A stretch of DNA of 64,000 nt. Origin: Octopus vulgaris (Eukaryota). Below the pieces are notes generated by a model. It did not search any database. It was not told where the DNA came from and worked only from the letters and a program-made list of their open reading frames with translations. The stretch lies in assembly GCA_951406725.2 (NCBI GenBank), contig OX597835.1, positions 310,001-374,000 of the forward strand. Reading direction: 5' to 3'. This document shows positions 14,747-26,810 of this stretch, one piece after another; position 1 is the first letter of the stretch; each line of letters begins with the position of its first letter. A program made the position numbers and the translations under genes.

Positions 14747-15589
14747 CCTGCATCTGTTGGAGGTGGCCTTATGTGGTGGTAGTTCCAGCTTTGTGCTTGT
14801 AGCCAGGTCAGTTGCTGAACAATTTTTTGTGCCATGCACAAAAAAGACTGCTGTTCAGCTGCCGCCCTTCTCACATCTGGGTGAAGCTGGCCACCTGTTG
14901 GGTTTCCGCGCACCACATCTGCATACCGTCTTTCAGTAGTGGTCAGTGCGCTTTTTTCCCTTCTTTTAACTTTTTGTTTTTGTTCTCCCTGAGGGAGGGA
15001 CCTCTGTCTCGCGTCCGTGCGGTTTTGGTAGGGCCTCCGATGTGCAAAGCGACAGTTTGCACCTTCAACGCCGTACCAGCAGTCCCCCCTCAGGTAGAAT
15101 TTGCAGGTGTTTCTTTCCCTGCCCTTACAGTTTTTGCTGGGGTCCCTCTGCTTTCTCTGGACAGGGCTTCCTTTAGCCTTGATTCTGTCACCCTTTACCT
15201 CCTGCTTCCCATCAATTCCAGGGTGCCTTTCCTTTCTTGCGGCCATCGCACCTCTTTGGTCTTCAGTTGTGGTGTTGGAAGCTGGACATGTGTCATCGTT
15301 TCCCTGTGTTCCAGGCTTCTCCATTTGGCTCTGGATGCTTTCCTCATCCTTTTGGCCCTCCCTGCTGCCGTCACTCTCCCAGGATGATGTCCAGGGTGTC
15401 CACATGTTGCCTGATTAGAGCGTACGAACGGATAACTTCTCTCTTCTTTCGCTCTATCTGGGCGGTGGTTCTCGAAAAATTGTTGCTTTTCAGCGCCGCA
15501 GCAATAATTTCGTTCGGCGAGTCGTCCTCAGCGATCTTCCAAGCGCGGACGAACAATTGCACCTCTCTCGCAGACCAGTTTCTTGCCAT
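14692..15589 (-). pseudogene. LINE ORF1: N-terminal Myb/SANT-like (trihelix) region plus CCCH zinc finger, probable frameshift near 15375
   Basis: WSAREVQLFVRAW...IAAALKSNNFSRTTAQIERK in 15371..15589; CKFYLRGDCWYGVEGANCRFAH (C-x7-C-x8-C-x3-H) in 14692..15405; overlaps the ORF2 start. Confidence 0.7.
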
Positions 15590-17255
15590 TTTCTTCTAGT
15601 GAAATATAGGAACAGAGAGAGAGATAGAGAAGGAGAGATATGGAGAGGGAGAAGAGAAAGGAGAAAAGCCAGGGGGGGATAGAGAGAGAGACGAGGGGAT
15701 TTTCCTGAGAGAAGAGAGAAAGAGAGAAAATAAGAGGGAAAAAAGAGAAAGGTGAGAGAATGGCAGGTCAGCAGGGGGAGAGTGAGCGGGATAGAGGTGT
15801 AGTAGAAAGGGACAGGGTGGAAAAGTGAGACAAGAGGGTGGACCCTAGGGGGGCAGGGAGAAGAAAGGCGGAGAGATAAAATGGAGAGGAAGAGAGAGAT
15901 GAAATGGAGAGGGAGAGAGAGAGAGGGCAGGATAGAGGTACCAGGGAGTGAAGTAAAGGGACAGAGAGGGTGGTGTGGAGGAAGGAGACAGAGAGAGGAA
16001 AAAGAGACAGGGGGGTGGTGAGCCTTAGAGGGAACAGGGAGAGGAAAGGTAGGAAGGAAAAAGGGGGGAAGAGGAAGAGAGGGGGCGCAACAGAGTGTAG
16101 TAATGGGACAGGGAGGGTGGTGTAGAGAAAGAAATAAGGGGACAGAAGGGGAAGAGGAAAAGGGGTTTGACCTGTGAAGGAGCGGAGAGGAAAGAGGCAG
16201 AGAGAGGGAGGGGGAGTAACAGAGAGAGAGAGAGAGAAAGAGGGCGGTATATAGATACAAGAGAGAATGAGTGAAGTTGAGGAACTGAGAGAGGGGGTGA
16301 GGTGAGAGAAAGTTGATCTGAGAGAGATGCAGAAAGAGAAACGATTGCAGAGGGAGAGAGAGGGAGGAGGGGAGAGTGAGAGCGGAAATAGAGGGTCTGG
16401 CTGGATGGGGAGACAGATAAGGTATAAACAGTATGAGAGAGATAGAAATAGAAATGTAAGAAAGAGAGGGAGAGATTATAAAGATAGAATAGCGCGTATT
16501 TTTATATCTTTTTAATTATTATTTTCTGTTTGAAAGAACACTAATGATAACAAATAATAAAAATGTATGAGAGAGATAGAAATAGAAATGTAAAAAAGAG
16601 AAAGAGAGAGAGTGCGTGGCAGGCACGAAATTATAAAGATTATAAAGATAGAATACCGCGTATTTTTATATTTTTATATCTTTTTTGTTTTTTTAATTAT
16701 TTTCTGTTTGAAAGAACACTAATGATAACAAGATAAATAATATCTTACCTTACCGGCTGACAGAGAGTACTTACGTGATTCCTTTTTATAAGAAAGGAAG
16801 ATAGATAGACAAGACAGACCTTTTATATTCCTCCCCAAGCGCACTTTGTAAATAAAAGGGGTTTGAGTTTCGATTTAGCACATGCAACAGTTTCACGATA
16901 CTTTCTATATTTTCCTAAGCTGATTTGGTATTAAGCAGCAAATTTTTCAGAGGCTTTTTTCAGGACACGCAGATATACATCAAAAACGAAAATATCCTGT
17001 GTCTTGTTGATTCACAGACGAAGAATAAAATTCACTTCGATTTCGGGAAGTAACACACGTGCGTTTTAACACGCGAGTATGTTCTAGTTGCAAATACTAC
17101 ATCAAAAGCGAAAATATTCTTCTCAAATACAGTGACTTGTTGTACTAACACTTATATTCGCTTTGCAGACAATTTCGCTTCTGATAACATCGATCTCTGG
17201 AAGGACTTCTTTAATATTTAGGAGAGACACGTTAACACACTTGTTGTTAGTTCAG

Positions 17256-17264
17256 CGCCATCTT
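17256..17264 (-). promoter_or_regulatory. YY1-type motif AAGATGGCG at the LINE 5' end
   Basis: Exact motif directly inside the TA flank, as in internal Pol II promoters of LINEs. Confidence 0.55.
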
Positions 17265-17270
17265 ATATAT

Positions 17271-17370
17271 NNNNNNNNNNNNNNNNNNNNNNNNNNNNNN
17301 NNNNNNNNNNNNNNNNNNNNNNNNNNNNNNNNNNNNNNNNNNNNNNNNNNNNNNNNNNNNNNNNNNNNNN
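17271..17370. other. Assembly gap (100 N)
   Basis: Run of n. Confidence 1.
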
Positions 17371-17690
17371 ACTAAACATTGCATTAAGTTATTGCTTATA
17401 TGCTCTCTAAATAGACATCTCACTGTTCATTGCTATATCTGCAAAAGGCCTTTAACGAGGACTTATACAGTCCTTAAATCTTTATTGTTCCGAAGTGTCC
17501 TTCCATTCACAAGTTCTCCATAGAGCATCCTGCTTAGGAATCCTTTTATCCTCCATTCTAATAAGGTGTCCAGTCCAACGCAACCGGTGATTGTGTACCA
17601 TCGCCTCAATACTCAAGATATCAGCTGTCCTCGGGATCTGTGTGTCTGGAATTTAATAGTCCAGCCAATATTGAGATATATGTGTACCAT
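17371..17690 (-). mobile_element. RTE (BovB-like) C-terminal fragment
   Basis: IEAMVHNHRLRWTGHLIRMEDKRIPKQ and MLYGELVNG. Confidence 0.75.
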
Positions 17691-17796
17691 GATGATATAT
17701 ATATCAAGGAATATCTGACGTATGTACAAGATATACATGTAGAATATATGATAGATATTTATCAGATATATTGATGAATATATCTAGGATATCTTG

Positions 17797-18192
<396 letters not shown>

Positions 18193-20260
18193 CTTGTTGA
18201 GTGAGTTGTATCCGGGCATGGGTGGCTTATCTGGTATTCCTTGAAGAAATATATGTCTCCATGATCCTGAATTGGGTGGGAGGGACCTTTTTCTCTTTGA
18301 TCAGTTTTGGGAGATATATTAACAGGGCTGGTGTTGAGTGTACCTATATGTTGTGATCCTGAATTGGGTAGGGAACTCTGGACCGTGGTCTCAGCCTTGG
18401 ATGAGATCAAAACTAAAATTGCAGATAACAAAAAGAGAAATGAACACGCAATTCAGTGAGAGAAGTACAGAAAATAACCATTAACAGATATGGATGTATA
18501 AACGCCCTCGGGCAAGCTGCATTGCGCATGTACACTTGCTCATGCAACCATCAGCAAAAACGTGAGCATATGCACATGCAAGGTTTGGTGCACTCATGAT
18601 CACAAAGCCAGTTGGTTATTTACTTGATGTTTAGAAGAACTGGGAGGTTAAAAGTAAACCTAAGTTATCCATACCTTAAAGTAAATTAAATTATGTTAAC
18701 ATTTACTCAAAATTCATTCCCACTGCATTGTGCAAAAGTATATTTATATGCGTGTTGGCATCTCGAGAGTCGTTCAGAAATTCTATTAATGATCTTCTCA
18801 TTAGTCTACAGAATAGACAGGGATTCCTCAGATATATATATATTTGTCCAACCCATGCTAGCATGGAAAACGAATGCTAAACGATGATGATATATATCAT
18901 CATCATCATCGTTTAACTTCTGCTTTCCATGCTAGCATGGGTTGCACAATTTTGACTGAGGGCTGGCAAACCAGATGGTTGCACCAGGCTCCAATCTTGA
19001 TTTGGCAGAGTTTCTACAGCTGGGTGCCCTTCCTAACACCAACCACTCCGAGAGTGTAGTAGGTGCTTTTTACATGCCACCAGCACGGGGGCCAGTCAGG
19101 CGGTACTGGCAACAACCTCGCTCGAATCTTTTTACACATGCCACCAGCACAGGTGCCCAACAGGTCTTCGCAAGCAGAGTTTAATGTCCAAGGAAGGAAA
19201 AGGTGCGCATAAGCGGGCTGGTTACGCTCCTGGCATGGGTCACAGGTTATGGTCTTATTTGGCTTGCCGGGTCTTTGCAAGCACACCATATTTCCAAAAG
19301 TCTCAGTCGCTAGTCATTTCCTCAGTGAAGCCTAATGTTCGAAGGTCGTGCTTCACCACTTCATCCCAGATAATCCTGGGTCTACCTTTTCCACAGGTTC
19401 CCTCAACCGCTAGGGTGTGGCACTTTTTCACACATCCATTGGATCATACTGGTTTCATTCCTTGCGAGCTTACGCATGTCCTCAACAGTCACAGCCCATG
19501 TTTCACTAATTAAATTTATGCATTGTCATTCTCATCAGAGTGAGGAATTTTTGGAAGGAATTCAAAACAGGTTTAATAAAAGAAAATAAGATACAATAAT
19601 GGAAAATACAGATGGGGTAATAGGGGGAAAATTGTATATTTGCAAACAAGTAGTAAAAGGGGGAAAAAATAACGGTAAAATAGCAAGAGAGAAAAAGAAA
19701 AACATATCAAATGTATGTGTGCAGTAAACTATATCATAAAAATAAAAATCTAACGGATATGTTTAAAGAAATAGGAACATGTTGAGACGAAGTATAATGT
19801 AAACAGGTGTATTGTATAATATAACGCAACAGGTACACTAGCAGGAAAAAGCCATAGAGAGTTATAGGATACATATAAATAAAACGAGAAAAATATATTA
19901 CAAGAGGCTAAAGGTGGTAGGCAAGACTATTTCAGAAAGGTAAAATAGATAAGTAAAAAGGTACGTGTAAGCCGAGAAGAAAGCAGAGAGAAAGAAAAAG
20001 CATCGATCAGAGAGAGGGGCGGTCGGTGTGTTCAAGACAGTTAACTTAATCAAAAACTAGTCTGGGGCAGGGGAGACAATCAGAAAAAAACTGAATAGAA
20101 CGAAATCGAATATCTGAAGGAGGAGAAAATTAATTTCATATTCTTCTTCCTTGCTCTGGCTGTTTTTTATGAATATGAATCTTTATTAGAAAGCATTTTT
20201 TCTCTCTTTTTGGATCTCTCAAAAAGTTTCAATTGTTCTTTTTGAACTTATTTTTTCTGA

Positions 20261-20322
20261 GATATATAAATATATATGTGTGTGTGTGTATGTGTATATA
20301 TACATACATACATACATATATG

Positions 20323-20415
<93 letters not shown>

Positions 20416-20425
20416 ATATATACAT

Positions 20426-20457
<32 letters not shown>

Positions 20458-20538
20458 GTATGTATATATATATATATGTATATATACATACACACATACA
20501 TATATATATATATATGTATATATATATGTATATATATG

Positions 20539-20570
<32 letters not shown>

Positions 20571-20611
20571 TATATAAATATGTATATATATATATGTAAA
20601 TATGTATATAT
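20261..20611. repeat. Compound TA/TG/CA microsatellite
   Basis: Seen directly. Confidence 0.95.
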
Positions 20612-22116
20612 ACTTTGATACTTTGATAGGTTTCGGCCATTATTGGCCCAGGCCATGTCTAACTTAATAGCACCACCTGGTGAAGTCTTTCAAGTCAGAA
20701 TTTGGGCACTATGGCCCACTCAAGTAGAGAGTTATTGTTTACAGAGACATATCCGGGTGTAGGGGGTTTATCCGGGATTTCTTGAAGGAATCTGTCCAAA
20801 GACTTCTTGAACCCTATAGGGTCTGTTTCTGTTTTAATGTGTTTTGGTGTAATGTTAAAGAGAGCGGGGCCAATTGAGGTGAAATAATTGTGCCGTATTA
20901 TTGTTATGAGATGAGTGTGCGATTTTTGTTTTGGGCGGATGGCACGGGGCCCAAGCCTTGGATGTACCTTAAAGGCGATGCCAACATCATTTAGGCAATG
21001 CTGATGGAATATTTTCCACATCATGCAGATGATGTAACGCTCACGGCGACGTTGGAGGGAATAAAGTTTTAGCTTTTCTAGTCGACCCCAATAGTCGAGG
21101 CCTGTCATGCCATCTATCTTTTTTGTGATTGCCCTTTGAGGTGCTTCAACTTTTATGATACTTTGTTTTGTATGGGGAGACCACAGTGGACAACAGTATT
21201 CAAGGTGGGGTCGGGCAAAAGTGAAGAAGAGAAGGATAATGGTGTGGATATCTCTCGACTGGAAAGTTCTGAGAATCCAGGAACACATTCTGCGGGCCAT
21301 GTCAACTTTGGTGTTTATATGAGTGGCCCAGCTTATGTTGTTGTCCACAATTACTCCCAAGTCTCTGATGTTGTTGGATGCCACGAGAGTTTCACCTGAA
21401 GGAAGGGAGTATGGGAGTTTCAGGGCATCCTCTTTTCCAAAGTGGATTAACTCAAATTTATCCTCATTCAGCAGCATATTGTTTTTTTCTGCCCATTGGA
21501 TAACAGCCAGTAGATCTGACTGAGGGCATGTCCGGTCACTCGCCTTATTTATGACCTTCTGTAGCTTGGAATCATCTGCAAAGATTTTTATGTTGCTGTG
21601 CTTGATGATGTCATTAATGTCATTAATGTAGATGATGAAAAGAAGTGAGCCCAGCACAGTGCCTTGCGGAACGCCACTACTGACTTTGGCTGGGCTTGAT
21701 TTTACCCCTTCAACTACAACATGTTGAGATCTGTCTGTCAGGAAACACTTGATCCATTTCAGTAACTTTCCAGCGACACCAATGTTGGATAGTTTTTTCA
21801 ATAGGATCTTGTGATCAACCCTGTCGAAGGCCTTGCTGAAATCAAGGTAGATGACATCGGTATTGGAGCCCTCTCCCAAAGCTCTCAAAATGTCATCAAA
21901 GTGATGCAGGAGCTGCATTAGGCAGTCCCTTCCATTACGGAACCCATGTTGGTTAGAGATCAGCCGTCTGTTGCTTTCCAGACGATGATATGAGAGGTGA
22001 GTGAGATCGGACGATAGTTCACTGCAAGGGACTTGTTTCCCTTTTTGAAAACTGGGACAACAGACTGGGACAGAAGGTTTTTTGGAATATAGCCAGCATC
22101 CAGTGAGTTTCTCCAC
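20612..22116 (-). mobile_element. 5'-truncated CR1-group LINE (second family), RT C-terminal part plus 3' tail (TATCAAAG)2, embedded in TA-rich repeats
   Basis: ORF 20695..22116 contains [37 protein letters not shown] and RRRERY; similar to but distinct from the 11.7-kb element. Confidence 0.92.
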
Positions 22117-22334
22117 ATATATATATATATATATGTATATATATATGTATGTATGTATATATATGTATGTATGTATATATATATATGTGTATGTATATGT
22201 ATGTGTATGTATATGTATGTGTGTGTATATGTATGTGTGTGTATATGTATGTGTGTGTATATGTATGTTGTGTATGTATGTGTGTGTGTATGTATATATA
22301 TATATGTATGTATATGTATGTATATATATATATG

Positions 22335-22419
<85 letters not shown>
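22117..22419. repeat. Compound TA/TG microsatellite between two LINEs
   Basis: Seen directly. Confidence 0.95.
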
Positions 22420-22421
<2 letters not shown>

Positions 22422-24374
22422 CATCATCATTTAGCGTCTGCTTTCCATGCTAGCATGGTTTGGACGGTTCGACTGGGGATCTGTGAAGCCAGAAGGCTGC
22501 ATCAGGCCCAGTCTGATCTGGCAGTGTTTCTACGGCTGGATGCCCTTCCTAACGCCAACCACTCCGTGAGTGTAGTGGGTGCTTTTTACGTGCCACCCAC
22601 ACAGCTGCCAGACGGAGCTGGCAAACGGCCACGGACGGATGGTGCTTTTTACGTGCCACCAGCATGGGGACCAGGCGAGGCTGGCAACGGCCACGGACGG
22701 ATGGTGCTTTTTATGTGCCACCGGCATGGGGACCAGGCGAGGCTGGCAACGGCCACGGACGGATGGTGCTTTTTATGTGCCACCGGCACGGGGGCCAGGC
22801 GAGGCTGGCAACGGCCACGAACAGATGGTGCTTTTTACGTGCCACCGGCACGGAGGCCAGTCGGGGGCCGTGCTGGCAACGGCCACGATCGGATGGTTCG
22901 CTTACTTGTCACCGGCACTGGTATCACAGCTGCAATTTCCATTGATATTGATCAACTTCGATTTTGGTTCTGCTTTCTGATATCTGATTTGATTTGGTTT
23001 GATTTTGATTTTCACTTGCCTCAAAGGGTCTTCACATGTGGAGTTTTGTGTCCCAAGAAGGAAAGGTATGTATAAGTCGACTGGCTACATACCAGGTAGA
23101 GGCCACGGGTTATGGTCTCACTAGTCTTGCCGGGTCTTCTCACGCACAGCATACTTCCATAGGTCTCGGTCTCTATTCATTTCCTTAGTGAGACCTAAAG
23201 TTCGAAGGTCGTGCTTCACCACCTCATCCCAGGTTTTCCTGGGTCTACTTCTTCCACAGGTTCTCTCAACTGCTAGGGTGTGGCACTTTTGCACACAACT
23301 ATCTTCAGCCATTCTCGTCATATGACCATACCAGCGCAAACATCTCTCTTGCACACCACAACTGATACTTCTTAGGTCCAACTTTTCTCTCAAGGTACTT
23401 ACACTCTGTCGATTATGAACACTGACATTACACATCCATCGGAGCATACTGGCTTCATTTCTTGCGAGCTTATGCATATCCTCAGCAGTCACAGCCCATG
23501 TATCACTACCATGTAGCATGGCTGTACGTACACATGCATCATACAGTCTGCCTTTTACTCTGAGTGAGAGGCCTTTTGTTACCAGCAGGGGTAAGAGCTC
23601 TCTAAACTTTGCCCAGGCTATTCTTACTCTAGCAGTTACACTTTCAGCACACCCACCCCCGCTAATGACTTGGTCACCTAGGTAACGGAAGCTATCAACT
23701 ACTTCTAGTTTTTCTCCCTGGAACATGGTAGAAGTTGGTCTCTGCACATTTTCAGTGTTTATTGCTCCTGAGCATCTGCCACAGACAAAAACTATTTTCC
23801 TAGTTAGCCTTCCTTTGACATTGCTGCACCTCTTATGTGTCCATAGCTTACACTTGGTGCACCTTATAGAGTTTCTACCTACACCTTTTTTACAGATCGA
23901 GCAGGGTCATCTATCTGAAGGTGTTTGTGATTGGTCTACCTTCCTACTTATTAGGACTTTGGTTTTGGCTAGGTTGATTCTAAGGCCCTTCGATTCTAAT
24001 CCTTGCTTCCACACCTGAAACTTCTCCTCCAGTTCTGATAGTGACTCAGCAATTAGAGCAAGGTCATCAGCATAGAGGAGCTCCCAGGGGCATCCTGTCT
24101 TGAATTCCTCCGTTATTGCCTGGAGGACTATGATAAATAGGAGGGGACTGAGGACTGAACCTTGGTGGACCCCAACCTCTACCCGGAATTCTTCACTGTA
24201 CTCGTTGCCAACCCTCACCTTACTAGCAGCGCCCCTGTACATGGCTTGCACAGCTCTCACTAACCATTCATCTATCCCTAGTTTCCTCATTGACCACCAG
24301 ATAAGGGATAGGGGGACCCTGTCGAAGGCTTTCTCCATGTCAACAAAAGCCAGGTACAGGGGCTTATCTTTGGC

Positions 24375-24375
<1 letters not shown>
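22420..24375 (-). mobile_element. 5'-truncated RTE-clade LINE with 3' UTR tandem repeat and (GAT)n tail
   Basis: [43 protein letters not shown] and RPRKTW; one frameshift; 3' end ...GGAAGGGCATCCAGC...CATGCTAGCATGG...GATGATG. Confidence 0.93.
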
Positions 24376-24405
<30 letters not shown>

Positions 24406-24979
24406 GTATATATATATGTATGTATATATATGTATATATATATATATGTATGTATATATATGTATATATATATATATGTATGTATATATATGTATATATA
24501 TATATGTATATATATATGTATGTATATATATGTATATATATATATATGTATGTATATATATGTATATATATATGTATGTATATATATGTATATATATATA
24601 TGTATACATACATATATATACATATATATGTATACATACATATATATACATATGTATGTATATATATATGTATACATACATATATATACATATGTATGTA
24701 TATATATATGTATACATACATATATATACATATGTATGTATATATATATGTATACATACATATATATACATATGTATGTATATATATATGTATACATACA
24801 TATATATACATATGTATGTATATATATATGTATACATACATATATATACATATGTATGTATATATATATATATATGTATACATACATATATATACATATG
24901 TATGTATATATATATATGTATACATACATATATATACATATGTATGTATATATATATATGTATACATACATATATATAC

Positions 24980-25033
<54 letters not shown>

Positions 25034-25171
25034 ACATACATATATATACATATGTATATATATATATATGTATACATACATATATATACATATGTATGTA
25101 TATATATATATATGTATACATACATATATATACATATGTATGTATGTATGTATATATATATATATATATAT
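24376..25171. repeat. Compound TA microsatellite with a higher-order unit of about 40 bp
   Basis: Unit tatatatatgtatacatacatatatatacatatgtatgta repeated from about 24620. Confidence 0.92.
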
Positions 25172-25286
25172 GTAGGTCCCGGGTTGAGTCGGGGTTAACC
25201 ACAGTAAATAAGGTACTCAATACATAGCAGAGTAAAGTAATTTATTTTATAGAAGGAGCTTCTACAGGACTAGAACTGTTTCATTC

Positions 25287-25321
<35 letters not shown>

Positions 25322-25324
<3 letters not shown>

Positions 25325-26810
25325 CTGAAAAGATCATATCAGCAGTGCCACGTCCCACACGAAAGCCAGGTTGACTTTCTGGAAGAACACAATCTGCAAC
25401 ATGTTTCAGCAGATGATCCAGAAGTACCCTGCATAAAACCTTTCCTATGACAGAAAGCAATGATACTCCCCTATAATTACTCCAATCATTCCTGTTGCCC
25501 TTTCCCTTACACAAGAGCACCTGTGGTGTGTGCGAGATAGTTGATATATAAAGGCACCTACCTTCTCTTCGCTCTGATAGAGACCCTTCAGTCGTAACGG
25601 ATCCTTCGTCACAGCCCCGACCCGAACGCTAAAGATAGCAGCTGCTTCACCCAACCTTAGCAACGTCTTCACACGTCTTAACACCTCGACGACCCACGTT
25701 GGAAAAAGGCTGAAATCCCCGCTGCCTGCGCACGCCTCACGGCTGCCCCAGCTTCCAGTCAACGCACCCAGCTGCTGACGTCATCCCACAACCACCATTA
25801 CTGTATCTCTCCAGTCCTCAGGTACAGATTCACTAGTCCATATCTTACCAAACAAAGAGTGAAGTTTCTGCAGAAGTTTCTCACCACCATCCTGTAACAA
25901 CTCTGCATGTATGCCATCCATACCTGGAGACTTCATCCTTGAGACAGCCACTGCAACTTCTTCCAACTTTGGTGGTTCTGCGAGTGCTGCCTTCACAAGT
26001 AATCCAGGGATGAGATTGAGAACATCCTCTAACTACAGACTGCTGATTCAAAATTTCATCAAAGTGTTCTTGCCACCTTCACAGAATTCCTTTTGAATCA
26101 CGAAGAAGTTCTTTACCGTCCCTGCTTCGAAGTGGTGTCATCAGGTCCATAAACTTCTCGCAAGAGACCATACAACAGCTTTGTGTTATTGGAATCTGAT
26201 GCCGCCTGTATCTCATCAGCCTTCTTACTCCACCACGTATCCCTCATCTGAGAGAGCCTTTGCCGCACACGTGATTTTACATCCTTGAGTTCCCTATGCA
26301 ACACTTCCCTTTCCTGTGGCTTTGCTGACAAATAGCGTGACAAAGTACGTCTTTTATCAGTCAATAAACCATCTGTATGTTCATCATTTTCTTTAAACCA
26401 ATCTTGATGCTTTCTTTGTATCAATCCCAGAACTTTCTTGCCTTTGTCATAAACTGACTTTTTAAGGGTCGGCCAATCCTCCCCAATATCTGCAGCATTC
26501 ATTTCTTCTCGTAAAGTTCTCTTCACACTATTATACCTAAGACGATCAACTTTCAGTCTTTTAGGCAGGGTAATCCCTGCAGCTCGGATTTTATGTTTTG
26601 TGACTAATTTCACTTTTGCACGTACTAGGCAGTGGTCAGTCCAACACTCAGCTCCACGAAGAACACGAACACACTGCACATCCTGTCTGTCACGCACCCT
26701 AACAAGGATGTAATCCAGAATAAGCCATTCTTTGGATGTAGGATGCATCCATGTGGTTAAACTTATTCTTTTGTTGAAACATGATATTGGTAACACACAG
26801 ACGCAGCTCC
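25322..26810 (-). mobile_element. RTE (BovB-like) LINE fragment, endonuclease C-terminus to RT N-terminus, interrupted by a solo LTR
   Basis: TWMHPTSKEWLILDYIL, RGAECWTDH, KSPGMDGI, KGKGNRNDWSNYRGVSLLS, LPESQPGFR. Confidence 0.9.
25522..25790. mobile_element. Solo LTR (269 bp) inserted in the RTE ORF
   Basis: TGTGG...CCACA termini; 6-bp near-duplication agcacc/accacc; removing it restores the frame DTVMVLLCKGKG. Confidence 0.75.

Noticed and set aside
12661-15599. Several plus-strand ORFs over the LINE
   Set aside because: Antisense shadows of the LINE coding sequence
15490-16260. 256-aa Leu/Ser/Pro-rich ORF
   Set aside because: Low-complexity CT-rich sequence of the LINE 5' UTR; no domain features
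20620-20681. LINE 3' hairpin followed by GAAAC read as a hammerhead ribozyme
   Set aside because: No CUGANGA core or cleavage-site stem; better explained as an RT-recognition tail
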